From: Antedon mediterranea
Taxonomy: Eukaryota > Animalia > Echinodermata
Direction of reading: 5' to 3'
Assembly (NCBI RefSeq): GCF_964355755.1
Contig: NC_092675.1
Span: 14,418,912 to 14,482,911, forward strand
DNA: 64,000 nt
A program made the translations under genes and the position numbers. Numbering within the stretch: the stretch's first letter is position 1; each line of letters begins with the position of its first letter. This document shows positions 34,601 to 48,300 of this stretch, one piece after another. The notes beneath the pieces are model-generated. The model saw only the letters and a program-made list of their open reading frames with translations, made no database searches and had not been told where the DNA came from.

Positions 34601-37600
34601 AGATATATCAGCGGGAGAGAGACAGATCAGCGAGAGAGAGATAGATCAGCGAGAAGGAGATAGATCAGCGAGAGAGATAGATCAGCGAGAGAGAGATAGA
34701 TCAGCAAGAGAGAGACAGATAGGTCAGCGAGAGACAGATAGATCAGCGAGAGAGAGATAGATAGATCAGCGAGAGAGAGATTAATAGATCAGCGAGAAAG
34801 AGATAGATCAGCGAGAGAGAGAAAGGTAGATCAGCGAGAGAGAGGTAGATCGAGGAGAGAGAGAGAGAGAGATATAGATAGATCAGCGAGAAAGAGATAG
34901 ATAGATCGGAGAGAGAGAGATAGATAGATCAGCGAGAGAGAGATAGATCAGCGAGAGAGAGACAGATAGGTCAGCGAGAGAGAGATAGATCAGCGAGAGA
35001 GAGATAGATAGATCAGCGAGAGAGAGATAAATAGATCATCGAGAGAGAGATAGATCAGCTAGAGATAGATAGATAGATCAGCGAGAGAGAGATAGATCAG
35101 CGAGAGAGACATAGATAGATCAGCGAGAGAGAGATAGATCAGCGAGAGAGAGATAGATCAGCGAGAGAGAGATAGATCAGCGAGAAAGAGATAGATCAGC
35201 GAGGGAGAGATAGATCAACGAGAAAGAGAGATATATCAGCGGGAGAGAGACAGATCAGCGAGAGAGAGATAGATCAGCGAGAAGGAGATAGATCAGCGAG
35301 AGAGATAGATCAGCGAGAGAGAGAGTGAAAGATCAGCGAGAGATAGATAGATCAGCGAGATAGAGATTGATAGATCAGCGAGAGAGAGATAGATCAGCGA
35401 GAGAGAGAGATAGATAGATCAGCGACAGAGAGATAGATCAGCCAGAGAGAGATAGATAGATCAGCGAGAGATATATCAGCGAGAGAGAGATAGATAGATC
35501 AGCGAGAGAGAGATAGATAGATCAGCGAGAGAGAGAGATATAGACAGATCAGCGAGAGAGAGAGATAGATCAGCGAGAGAGAGAGATAGATAGATAAGCG
35601 AGAGAGAGATAGATCAGCGAGAGAGAGATATATAGATCAGCGAGAGAGAGATAGATCAGCGAGAGAGAGATAGATAGATCAGCGAGAGAGAGATAGATCA
35701 GCGAGAGAGAGATAGATAGATCAGCGAGAGAGAGATTAATAGATCAGCGAGAGAGAGATAGATCAGCGAGAAAGAGATAGGTAGATCAGCGAGAGAGAGG
35801 TAGATCAGCGAGAGAGAGCTAGATAGATCAGCAAGAGAGAGATAGATCAGCGAGAGAGAGATTGATCAGCGAGAGAGAGATAGATCAGCAAGAGAGAGAG
35901 ATAGATCAGCGAGGGAGAGATAGATCAACGAGAGAGATAGATCAGCGAGAGAGAGATAGATAGATCAGTGAGAGAGAGATAGATCAACGAGAGAGAGATA
36001 TATATCAGTGGCAGATAGATAGATCAGCGAGAGAGATAGATAGATCAGCGAGAGAGATAGATAGATCAGCGAGAGAGAGAGATAGATCAGCGCGAGAGAG
36101 AGAGAGATATATCAGCGAGAGAGAGATAGATAGATCAGCGAGAGAGAGATATAGATCAGCGAGAGAGATAGATCAGCGAGAGAGAGATAGATCAGCGATA
36201 GAGAGATAGATAGATCAGCGAGATAGAGATAGATAGATCAGCGAGAGAGAGATATAGATAGATCAGCGAGAGAGAGATAGATCAGCGAGAGAGAGATAGA
36301 TAAATCAGCGAGAGAGAGATAGATCAGCGAGAGAGAGAGAGAGATAGATAGATCAGCGAGAGAAAGATAGATAGATCAGCGAGAGAGAGAGATAGAAAGA
36401 TCAGCGAGAGAGAGATAGATCAACGAGAGAGAGATAGATAGATCAGCGAGAGAGAGATAGATCAGTGAGAGAGAGATATATAGATCAGCGAGAGAGAGAG
36501 ATAGATCAGCGAGAGAGAGATAGATAGATCAGCGAGAGAGAGATAGATAGATCAGCGAGAGATAGATAAATAGATCAGCGAGAGAGAGATAGATCAGCGA
36601 GAGAGAGATAGATAGATCAGCGAGAGAGATAGAGAGATAGATCAGCGAGAGAGAGATAGATCAGCGAGAGAGAGAGATATATATATCAGCGAGAGAGAGA
36701 TAGATCAGCGAGAGAGAGAGATAGATCAGCGAGAGAGAGATAGATCAGCGAGGGAGAGATAGATCAACGAGAGAGAGATAGATCAGCGAGAGAGAGATAG
36801 ATAGATCAGCGAGAGAGAGATAGATAGATCGGAGAGAGAGAGAGAGAGAGAGAGATAGATAGATCAGCGAGAGAGAGAGAGATAGATCAGCGAGAGAGAG
36901 ACAGATAGGTCAGCGAGAGACAGATAGATCAGCGAGAGAGAGATAGATAGATCAGCGAGAGAGAGATTAATAGATCAGCGAGAGAGAGATAGATCAGCGA
37001 GAGAGAGATAGGTAGATCAGCGAGAGAGAGGTAGATCAGCGAGAGAGAGCTAGATAGATCAGCAAGAGAGAGATAGATCAGCGAGAGAGAGATTGATCAG
37101 CGAGAGAGAGATAGATCAGCAAGAGAGAGAGATAGATCAGCGAGGGAGAGATAGATCAACGAGAGAGATAGATCAGCGAGAGAGAGATAGATAGATCAGT
37201 GAGAGAGAGATAGATCAACGAGAGAGAGAGAGATATATCAGTGGCAGATAGATAGATCAGCGAGAGAGATAGATAGATCAGCGAGAGAGATAGATAGATC
37301 AGCGAGAGAGAGAGATAGATCAGCGCGAGAGAGAGAGAGATATATCAGCGAGAGAGAGATAGATAGATCAGCGAGAGAGAGATATAGATCAGCGAGAGAG
37401 ATAGATCAGCGAGAGAGAGATAGATCAGCGATAGAGAGATAGATAGATCAGCGAGATAGAGATAGATAGATCAGCGAGAGAGAGATATAGATAGATCAGC
37501 GAGAGAGAGATAGATCAGCGAGAGAGAGATAGATAAATCAGCGAGAGAGAGATAGATCAGCGAGAGAGAGAGAGAGAGAGATAGATAGATCAGCGAGAGA

Positions 37601-40054
37601 AAGATAGATAGATCAGCGAGAGAGAGAGATAGATAGATCAGCGAGAGAGAGATAGATCAACGAGAGAGAGATAGATAGATCAGCGAGAGAGAGATAGATC
37701 AGTGAGAGAGAGATATATAGATCAGCGAGAGAGAGAGATAGATCAGCGAGAGAGAGATAGATAGATCAGCGAGAGAGAGATAGATAGATCAGCGAGAGAT
37801 AGATAAATAGATCAGCGAGAGAGAGATAGATCAGCGAGAGAGAGATAGATAGATCAGCGAGAGAGATAGAGAGATAGATCAGCGAGAGAGAGATAGATCA
37901 GCGAGAGAGAGAGATATATATATCAGCGAGAGAGAGATAGATCAGCGAGAGAGAGATAGATCAGCGAGAGAGATATAGATCAGCGAGGGAGAGATAGATC
38001 AACGAGAGAGAGATAGATCAGCGAGAGAGAGATAGATAGATCAGCGAGAGAGAGAGAGATATATCAGCAAGAGAGAGATAGATCAGCGAGAGGGAGATAG
38101 ATCAGCGAGAACGAGAGAGATAGATCAGCGAGAGAGAGATAGATCATTGAGAAAGAGATAGATCAGCGAGAGAGAAATAGATCAGCGAGAGATAGATAGA
38201 TCAGCGAGAGAGAGATAGATCAGCGAGAGAGAGATAGATAGATCAGCGAGAGAGAGAGATAGATCAGCGAGAGAGAGAGATAGATCAGCGAGAGAGAGAG
38301 AGAGAGAGAGATCTCAGCGAGAGAGAGATAGATCAGCGAGGGAGAGATAGATCAGCGAGAGAGAGATAGATCCGCGAGAGAGAGAGAGATAGATCAGCGA
38401 GAGAGAGAGAGAGATAGATCAGTGAGAGAGAGAGATAGATCAGCAAGAGAGAGATAGATCAGTGAGAGAGAGATAAATCAGCGAGAGAGAGATAGATCAG
38501 CGAGAGAGAGATAGATAGATCAGAGAGAGAGATAGATAAGCGAGAGAGAGATAGATCAGAGAGAGAGCGATAGATAGATCAGCGAGAGAGAGATAGATCA
38601 GCGAGAGAGAGAGAGATAGATAGATCAGAGAGAGAGAGAGACAGATCAGCGAGAGAGATATAGATCAGCGAGAGAGAGATAGATCAGCGAGAGAGAGATA
38701 GATAGATCGGGGAGAGAGAGAGATAGATAGATCAGCGAGATAGATAGATCAGCGAGAGAGATAGATCAGCGAGAGAGAAATAGATCAGAGAGAGAGAGAG
38801 AGAGAGAGAGATAGATCAGCGAGAGAGAGAGATAGATAGATCAGCGAGAAAGAGATAGGTAGATCAGTGAGAGAAAGATAGATAGAACAGCGAGAGAGAG
38901 ATAGATAGATCAGCGAGAGAGAGAGATAGATCAGCGAGAGAGAGAGATATATATATCAGCGAGAGAGAGATAGATCAGCGAGAGAGAGAGATAGATCAGC
39001 GAGAGAGAGATAGATCAGCGAGGGAGAGATAGATCAACGAGAGAGAGATAGATCAGCGAGAGAGAGATAGATAGATCAGCGAGAGAGAGAGATATATCAG
39101 CAAGAGAGAGATAGATCAGCGTGAGGGAGATAGATCAGCGAGATAGAGATAGATCAGCGAGAAAGAGATAGATCAGCGAGAGAGAAATAGATCAGCGAGA
39201 GATAGATAGATCAGCGAGAGAGAGATAGATCAGCGAGAGAGAGATAGATAGATCAGCGAGAGAGAGAGATATAGATCAGCGAGAGAGAGATAGATCAGCG
39301 AGAGAGAGATAGATAAATCAGCGAGAGAGAGATAGATCAGCGAGAGAGAGAGAGATAGATAGATCAGCGAGAGAAAGATAGATAGATCAGCGAGAGAGAG
39401 AGATAGATAGATCAGCGAGAGAGAGATAGATCAACGAGAGAGAGATAGATAGATCAGCGAGAGAGAGATAGATCAGTGAGAGAGAGATATATAGATCAGC
39501 GAGAGAGAGAGATAGATCAGCGAGAGAGAGATAGATAGATCAGCGAGAGAGAGATAGATAGATCAGCGAGAGATAGATAAATAGATCAGCGAGAGAGAGA
39601 TAGATCAGCGAGAGAGAGATAGATAGATCAGCGAGAGAGATAGAGAGATAGATCAGCGAGAGAGAGATAGATCAGCGAGAGAGAGAGATATATATATCAG
39701 CGAGAGAGAGATAGATCAGCGAGAGAGAGATAGATCAGCGAGAGAGATATAGATCAGCGAGGGAGAGATAGATCAACGAGAGAGAGATAGATCAGCGAGA
39801 GAGAGATAGATAGATCAGCGAGAGAGAGAGATATATCAGCAAGAGAGAGATAGATCAGCGAGAGGGAGATAGATCAGCGAGAACGAGAGAGATAGATCAG
39901 CGAGAGAGAGATAGATCATTGAGAAAGAGATAGATCAGCGAGAGAGAAATAGATCAGCGAGAGATAGATAGATCAGCGAGAGAGAGATAGATCAGCGAGA
40001 GAGAGATAGATAGATCAGCGAGAGAGAGAGATAGATCAGCGAGAGAGAGATAGA

Positions 40055-40059
<5 letters not shown>

Positions 40060-40141
<82 letters not shown>
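40060..40141 (+). repeat. Pure (GA)~41 microsatellite expansion
   Basis: Uninterrupted GA run, the longest seen in the array. A second long run of (GA)~28 lies at 31636-31691. Confidence 0.9.
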
Positions 40142-40144
<3 letters not shown>

Positions 40145-43100
40145 CAGCGAGAGAGAGATAGATCAGCGAGGGAGAGATAGATCAGCGAGAGAGAGATAGA
40201 TCCGCGAGAGAGAGAGAGATAGATCAGCGAGAGAGAGAGAGAGATAGATCAGTGAGAGAGAGAGATAGATCAGCAAGAGAGAGATAGATCAGTGAGAGAG
40301 AGATAGATCAGCGAGAGAGAGATAGATCAGCGAGAGAGAGATAGATAGATCAGAGAGAGAGAGATAGATAAGCGAGAGAGAGATAGATCAGAGAGAGAGC
40401 GATAGATAGATCAGCGAGAGAGAGATAGATCAGCGAGAGAGAGAGAGATAGATAGATCAGAGAGAGAGAGATAGATCAGCGAGAGAGATATAGATCAGCG
40501 AGAGAGAGATAGATCAGCGAGAGAGAGATAGATAGATCAGGGAGAGAGAGAGATAGATAGATCAGCGAGATAGATAGATCAGCGAGAGAGATAGATCAGC
40601 GAGAGAGAAATAGATCAGAGAGAGAGAGAGAGAGAGAGAAATAGATCAGCGAGAGAGATAGATAGATCAGCGAGAAAGAGATAGGTAGATCAGTGAGAGA
40701 GAGAGATAGATAGAACAGCGAGAGAGAGATAGATAGATCAGCGAGAGAGAGAGATAGATCAGCGAGAGAGAGAGATATATATATCAGCGAGAGAGAGATA
40801 GATCAGCGAGAGAGAGAGATAGATCAGCGAGAGAGAGATAGATCAGCGAGGGAGAGATAGATCAACGAGAGAGAGATAGATCAGCGAGAGAGAGATAGAT
40901 AGATCAGCGAGAGAGAGAGATATATCAGCAAGAGAGAGATAGATCAGCGTGAAGGAGATAGATCAGCGAGAGCGAGAGAAATAGATCAGCGAGAGAGAGA
41001 TAGATCAGCGAGAAAGAGATAGATCAGCGAGAGAGAAATAGATCAGCGAGAGATAGATAGATCAGCGAGAGAGAGATAGATCAGCGAGAGAGAGATAGAT
41101 AGATCAGCGAGAGAGAGAGATATAGATCAGCGTGAGAGAGATAGATCAGCGAGAGAGAGGAGGAGAGAGATCTCAGCGAGAGAGAGATAGATCAGCGAGG
41201 GAGAGATAGATCAGCGAGAGAGAGATAGATCCGCGAGAGAGAGAGATAGATCAGCGAGAGAGAGAGAGATAGATCAGTGAGAGAGAGAGATAGATCAGCA
41301 AGAGAGAGATAGATCAGCGAGAGAGAGATAGATCAGCGAGAGAGAGATAGATCAGCGAGAGAGAGATAGATAGATCAGAGAGAGAGAGAGATAGATCAGC
41401 AAGAGAGAGATAGATCAGCGAGAGAGAGATAGATCAGCGAGAGAGAGAGATAGATCAGCGAGAGAGAGATAGATAGATCAGAGAGAGAGAGATAGGTCAG
41501 CGAGAGAGAGATAGATCAGAGAGAGAGAGCGATAGATAGATCAGCGAGAGAGAGAGATAGATCAGCGAGAGAGAGATAGATAGATCAGCGAGAGAGAGAT
41601 AGATCAGTGAGAAAGAGAGATATATAGATCAGCGAGAGAGAGAAAGATCAGCGAGAGAGAGATAGATAGATCAGCGAGAGAGAGATAGATAGATCAGCGA
41701 GAGATAGATAAATAGATCAGCGAGAAAGAGAGATAGATCAGCGAGAGAGAGATAGATCAGCGAGAGAGAGATAGATCAGCGAGAGAGAGAGATATATATA
41801 TCAGCGAGAGAGAGATAGATCAGCGAGAGAGAGATAGATTAGCGAGAGAGAGATAGATCAGCGAGGGAGAGATAGATCAACGAGAGAGAGATAGATCAGC
41901 GAGGGAGAGAGATAGATCAGTGAGAGAGAGAGATAGATCAGCGAGAGAAAGATAGATCAGCGAGAGAGAGATATATAGATCAGCGAGAGAGAGATAGATC
42001 AGCGAGAGAGAGATAGATAGATCAGCGAGAGAGAGATAGATAGATCAGCGGGAGAGAGAGATAGATCATCGAGAGAGAGATAGATCAGCGAGAGAGAGAT
42101 TGATAGATAGGCGAGAGAGAGATAGATAGATCGGAAAGAGAGAGAGAGAGAGATAGATAGATCAGCGAGAGAGAGATAGATCAGCAAGAGAGAGACAGAT
42201 AGGTCAGCGAGAGAGAGATAGATCAGCGAGAGAGAGATAGATCAGCGAGAGAGAGATATATAGATCAGCAAGAGAGAGATAGATCAGCAAGAGAGAGATA
42301 GATCAGTGAGAGAGAGATAGATCAGCGAGAGAGAGATAGATGAGCGCGAGAGAGATAGATAGATCACAGAGAGAGAGATAGATAAGCGAGAGAGAGATAG
42401 ATCAGAGAGAGAGCGATAGATAGATCAGCGAGAAAGAGATAGATCAGCGAGAGAGAGAGATAGATAGATCAGAGAGAGAGAGAGAGAGATAGATCAGCGA
42501 GAGAGATATAGATCAGCGAGAGAGAGATAGATCAGCGAGAGAGAGATAGATAGATCGGGGAGAGAGAGAGATAGATAGATCAGCGAGATAGATAGATCAG
42601 CGAGAGAGATAGATCAGCGAGAGAGAAAATGATCAGAGAGAGAGAGAGAGATAGATCAGCGAGAGAGAGAGATAGATAGATCACAGAGAGAGAGATAGAT
42701 AAGCAAGAGAGAGATAGATCAGAGAGAGAGCGATAGATAGATCAGCGAGAAAGAGATAGATCAGCGAGAGAGAGAGATAGATAGATCAGAGAGAGAGAGA
42801 GAGAGATAGATCAGCGAGAGAGATATAGATCAGCGAGAGAGAGATAGATCAGCGAGAGAGAGATAGATAGATCGGGGAGAGAGAGAGATAGATAGATCAG
42901 CGAGATAGATAGATCAGCGAGAGAGATAGATCAGCGAGAGAGAAATAGATCAGAGAGAGAGAGAGAGATAGATCAGCGAGAGAGAGAGATAGATAGATCA
43001 GCGAGAAAGAGATAGGTAGATCAGCGAGAGAGAGATAGATAGATCAGCGAGAGAGAGATAGATAGATCAGCGAGAGAGAGATAGATCAGCGAGAGAGAGA

Positions 43101-45319
43101 TAGATAAGCGATAGAGAGATAGATCAGCGAGAGAGATAGATAGAACAGCGAGAGAGAGATAGATAGATCAGCGAGAGAGAGAGATAGATCAGCGAGAGAG
43201 AGATAGATCAGCGAGAGAGAGATAGATCAGCGAGAGAGAGATAGATCAGCGAGAGCAAGAGAGATAGATCAGCGAGAGAGAGATAGATAGATCGGGGAGA
43301 GAGAGAGATAGATAGATCAGCGAGATAGATAGATCAGCGAGAGAGATAGATCAGCGAGAGAGAAATAGATCAGAGAGAGAGAGAGAGATAGATCAGCGAG
43401 AGAGAGAGAGATAGATAGATCAGCGAGAAAGAGATAGGTAGATCAGCGAGAGAGAGATAGATAGATCAGCGAGAGAGAGATAGATAGATCAGCGAGAGAG
43501 AGATAGATCAGCGAGAGAGAGATAGATAAGCGATAGAGAGATAGATCAGCGAGAGAGATAGATAGAACAGCGAGAGAGAGATAGATAGATCAGCGAGAGA
43601 GAGAGATAGATCAGCGAGAGAGAGATAGATCAGCGAGAGAGAGATAGATCAGCGAGAGAGAGATAGATCAGCGAGAGCAAGAGAGATAGATCAGCGAGAG
43701 AGAGATAGATCAGCGAGAGATAGATAGATAGATCAGCGAGAGAGAGATATATCAGCAAGAGAGAGATACATAGATCAGCGAGAAAGAGAGATAGATCAGC
43801 GAGAGAGAGATATATATATATATATATAGATCAGCGAGAGAGAGATAGATCAGCGAGAGAGAGATAGATCAGCGAGAGAGAGATAGATCAGCGAGGGAGA
43901 GATAGATCAACGAGAGATAGATAGAACAGCGAGAGAGAGATAGATAGACCAGCGAGAGAGAGAGAGATAGATCAGCGAGAGAGAGATAGATCAGCGAGAG
44001 AGAGATAGATAGATCAGCGAGAGAGAGATAGATCAGCGAGAGAGAGAGAGAGAGAGAGAGAGCTAGATAGATCAGCGAGAGAGAGCTAGATAGATCAGCG
44101 AGAGAGAGATTGATCAGCGAGAGAGAGATAGATCAGCAAGAGAGAGAGATAGATCAGCAAGGGAGAGATAGATCAACGAGAGAGATAGATCAGCGAGAGA
44201 GAGATAGATAGATCAGTGAGAGAGAGATAGATCAACGAGAGAGAGATATATATCAGCGGGAGAGAGATAGATCAGCGAGAGAGAGATAGATCAGCGAGAA
44301 GGAGATAGATCAACGAGAGAGATAGATCAGCGAGAAAGAGAGTGATAGATCAGCGAGAGATAGAAAGATCAGCGAGATAGAGATTGATAGATAAGCGAGA
44401 GAGAGATAGATCAGCGAGAGAGAGATAGATCAGCCAGAGAGAGATAGACAGATCAGCGAGAGAGATATATCAGCGAGAGAGAGATAGATAGATCAGCGAG
44501 AGAGAGATAAATAGATCAGCGAGAGAGAGAGATAGATAGATCAGCGAGAGAGAGAGATAGATCAGCGAGAAAGAGATAGATAGATCAGCGAGAGAGAGAT
44601 AGATCAGCGAGAGAGAGATATATAGATCAGCGAGAGAGAGATAGATCAGCGAGAGAGAGATAGATAGAACAGCGAGAGAGAGAGATAGATAGATCAGCGA
44701 GAGAGAGATAGATCAGCGAGAGAGATAGATAGATCAGCGAGAGATAGATAGATAAGCGAGAGAGAGATAGATCAGCGAGAGAGAGATAGATCAGCGAGAG
44801 AGAGATAGATCAGCGAGAGAGAGATAGATCAGCAAGAGAGAGATAGATAGATCAGCGAGAGAGAGATAGATCAGCGAGAGAGAGATAGATCAGCGAGAGA
44901 CAGATAAATCAACGAGAGAGAGATAGGTCAGCGAGAGAGAGATAGATCAGCGAGAAACAGATAGATCAGCGAGAGATAGATCAGCGAGAGAGAGAGAGAT
45001 AGATCAGCGAGAGAGAGATAGATCAGCGATAGAGAGATAGATCGATCAGCGAGAGACAGATCAGCGAGAGAGAGATAGATCAGCGAGAGAGAGATAGATA
45101 AACGAGAGAGATATAGATCAGCGAGAGAGAGATAGATCAGCGAGAGTGAGATAGATCAGCGAGAGAGAGATAGATCAGCGAGAGAGAGATAGATCAGCGA
45201 GAGAGAGAGATAGATCAGCGAGAGAGAGAGAGAGATAGATCAGCGAGAGAGAGAGAGATAGATCAGCAAGAGAGAGATAGATCAGCGAGAGAGAGATAGA
45301 TCAGCGAGAGAGAGATAGA

Positions 45320-45364
<45 letters not shown>

Positions 45365-48300
45365 AGCGAGAGAGAGAGATAGATCAGCAAGAGAGAGATA
45401 GATCAGCGAGAGCGATAGATCAGCTAGAGAGAGATAGATCAGCTAGAGAGAGATAGATAGATCATCGAGAGAGAGAGATAGATATAGATCAGCGAGAGAG
45501 AGAGAGAGAGATCAGCGAGAGAGATAGATCAGCGAGAGAGAGAGATAGATAGATCAGCGAGAGAGAGATAGATAGATCAGCGAGAGAGAGATAGATCAGC
45601 AAGAGAGATAGATCAGCGAGGGAGAAATAGATCAGCGAGAGAGAGTTAGATTAGCGAGAGAGAGATAGATAGATCAGCGAGAGAGAAATAGGTAGATCAG
45701 CGAGAGAGAGAGAGATAGATAGATCAGCGAGAGAGAGATAGATAGATCAGCGAGAGAGATAGATAGATCAGCGAGAGAGAGATAGATCAGCGATAGAGAG
45801 ATAGATCAGCGAGAGAGAGATAGATAGATCAGCGAGAGAGAGATAGATAGATCAGCGAGAGAGATAGATCAGCGAGAGAGAGATAGATCAGCGAGAGAGA
45901 GATATATCAGCGAGAGCGAGAGAGATAGATCAGCGAGAGAGAGAGATAGATCAGCGAGAAAGAGATAGATCAGCGAGAGAGAGATAGATCAGCGAGAGAT
46001 AGATAGATAGATCAGTGAGAGAGAGATAGATAGATCAGCGAGAGAGAGATAGATCAGCGAGAGAGGGATAGATCAGCGAGAGAGAGATAGATCAGCGAGA
46101 GAGATATAGATCAGTGAGAGAGAGATAGATCAGCGAGAGAGAGATAGATCAGCGAGGGAGAGATAGATCAACGAGAGAGAGATAGATCAGCGAGAGAAAG
46201 ATAGATAGATCAGCGAGAGAGAGATATATCTCAGCGAGAGAGAGATAGATTAGCGAGAAAGAGATAAATCAGCGAGAGGGAGATAGATCAGCGAGAGCGA
46301 GAGAGATAAATCAGCGACAGAGAGATAGATCAGCGAGAGATAGATAGATAGATCAGCGAGAGAGAGATAGATAGATCAGCGAGAGAGAGATAGATCAGCG
46401 AGAGAGAGGTATATAAATCAGCGAGAGAGAGAGAGATAGATCAGCGAGAGAGATAGATCAGCGAGAGAGAGATAGATCAGCGAGGGAGAGATAGATTAAC
46501 GAGAGAGAGAGATAGATAGATCCGAGAGAGAGAGACAGATAGATCAGCGAGAGAGAGATAGATCAGCGAGAGAGAGACAGATAGGTCAGCGAGACACAGA
46601 TAGATCAGCGAGAGAGAGAGAGAGATAGATAGATCAGCGATAGAGAGATAAATAGATCAGCGAGAGAGAGATAGATCAGCGAGAGAGAGATAGATAGATC
46701 AGCGAGAGAGAGATAGATCAGCGAGAGAGAGAGCTAGATAGTTCAGCGAGAGAGAGATAGATCACCGAGAGAGAGAGATAGATCAGCGAGAGAGAGATAG
46801 ATCAGCAAGAGAGAGATAGATCAGCGAGGGAGAGATAGATCAACGAGAGAGAGATAGATCAGCGAGATAGAGATAGATAGATCAGTGAGAGAGAGATATA
46901 TCAGCGAGAGAGAGATAGATCAGCGAGAGAGAGATAGATCAGCGAGAAGGAGATAGATCAGCGAGAGAGATAGATCAGTGAGAGAGAGAGTTATAGATCA
47001 GCGAGAGATAGATCAGCGAGAGAAAGATAGATCAGCGAGAGAGATAGATCAGCGAGAGAGAGATAGATAGATAGATCAGCGAGAGAGAGATAGATAGATC
47101 AGCGAGAGAAAGATAGATCAGCGAGAGAGAGATATATAAATCAGCGAGAGAGAGAGATAGATCAGCGAGAGAGATAGATCAGCGAGAGAGAGATAGATCA
47201 GCGAGGGAGAGATAGATTAACGAGAGAGAGAGATAGATAGATCCGAGAGAGAGAGATAGATAGATCAGCGAGAGAGAGAGATAGATCAGCGAGAGAGAGA
47301 CAGATAGGTCAGCGAGAGACAGATAGATCAGCGAGAGAGAGAGATAGATAGATCAGCGAGAGAGAGATAAATAGATCAGCGAGAGAGAGATAGATCAGCG
47401 AGAGAGAGATAGATAGATCAGCGAGAGAGAGATAGATCAGCGAGAGAGAGATAGATAGATCAGCGAGAGAGAGATAGATCACCGAGAGAGAGATAGATCA
47501 GCGAGAGAGAGATAGATCAGCAAGAGAGAGATAGATCAGCGAGGGAGAGATAGATCAACGAGAGAGAGATAGATCAGCGAGAGAGAGATAGATAGATAAT
47601 TGAGAGAGAGAGATATATCAGCGAGAGAGAGATAGATCAGCGAGAGAGAGATAGATCAGCGAGAAGGAGATAGATCAGCGAGAGAGATAGATCAGCGAGA
47701 GAGAGAGTGATAGATCAGCGAGAGAGATAGATCAGCGAGAGAAAGATAGATCAGCGAGAGAGATAGATCAGCGAGAGAGAGATAGATAGATCAGCGAGAG
47801 AGAGATAGATCAGCGAGAGAGAGCTAGATAGATCAGCGAGAGAGATAGATCAGCGAGAGAGAGAGATAGATCAGCGAGAGTGAGATAGATAGATCGGAGA
47901 GAGAGATAGATAGATCAGCGAGAGAGAGATAGATCAGCGAGAGAGAGATAGATAGATCAGCGAGAGAGAGATAAATAGATCAGCGTGAGAGAGATAGATC
48001 AGCGACAGAGAGATAGATAGATCAGCGAGAGAGAGAGATAGATAGATCAGAGAGAGAGATAGATCAGCGAGAGAGAGAGAGAGATAGATAGATAAGCGAG
48101 AGAGAGAGATAGATCAGCGAGAGAGAGATAGATAGATCAGCGAGAGAGAGAGATATATCAGCGAGAGAGATAGATCAGCGAGAAAGAGATAGATCAGCGA
48201 GAAGGAGATAGATCAGCGAGAGAGATAGATCAGCGAGAGAGAGAGTGATAGATCAGCGAGAGAGAGATAGATCAGCGAGAGAGAGATAGATAGATCAGCG

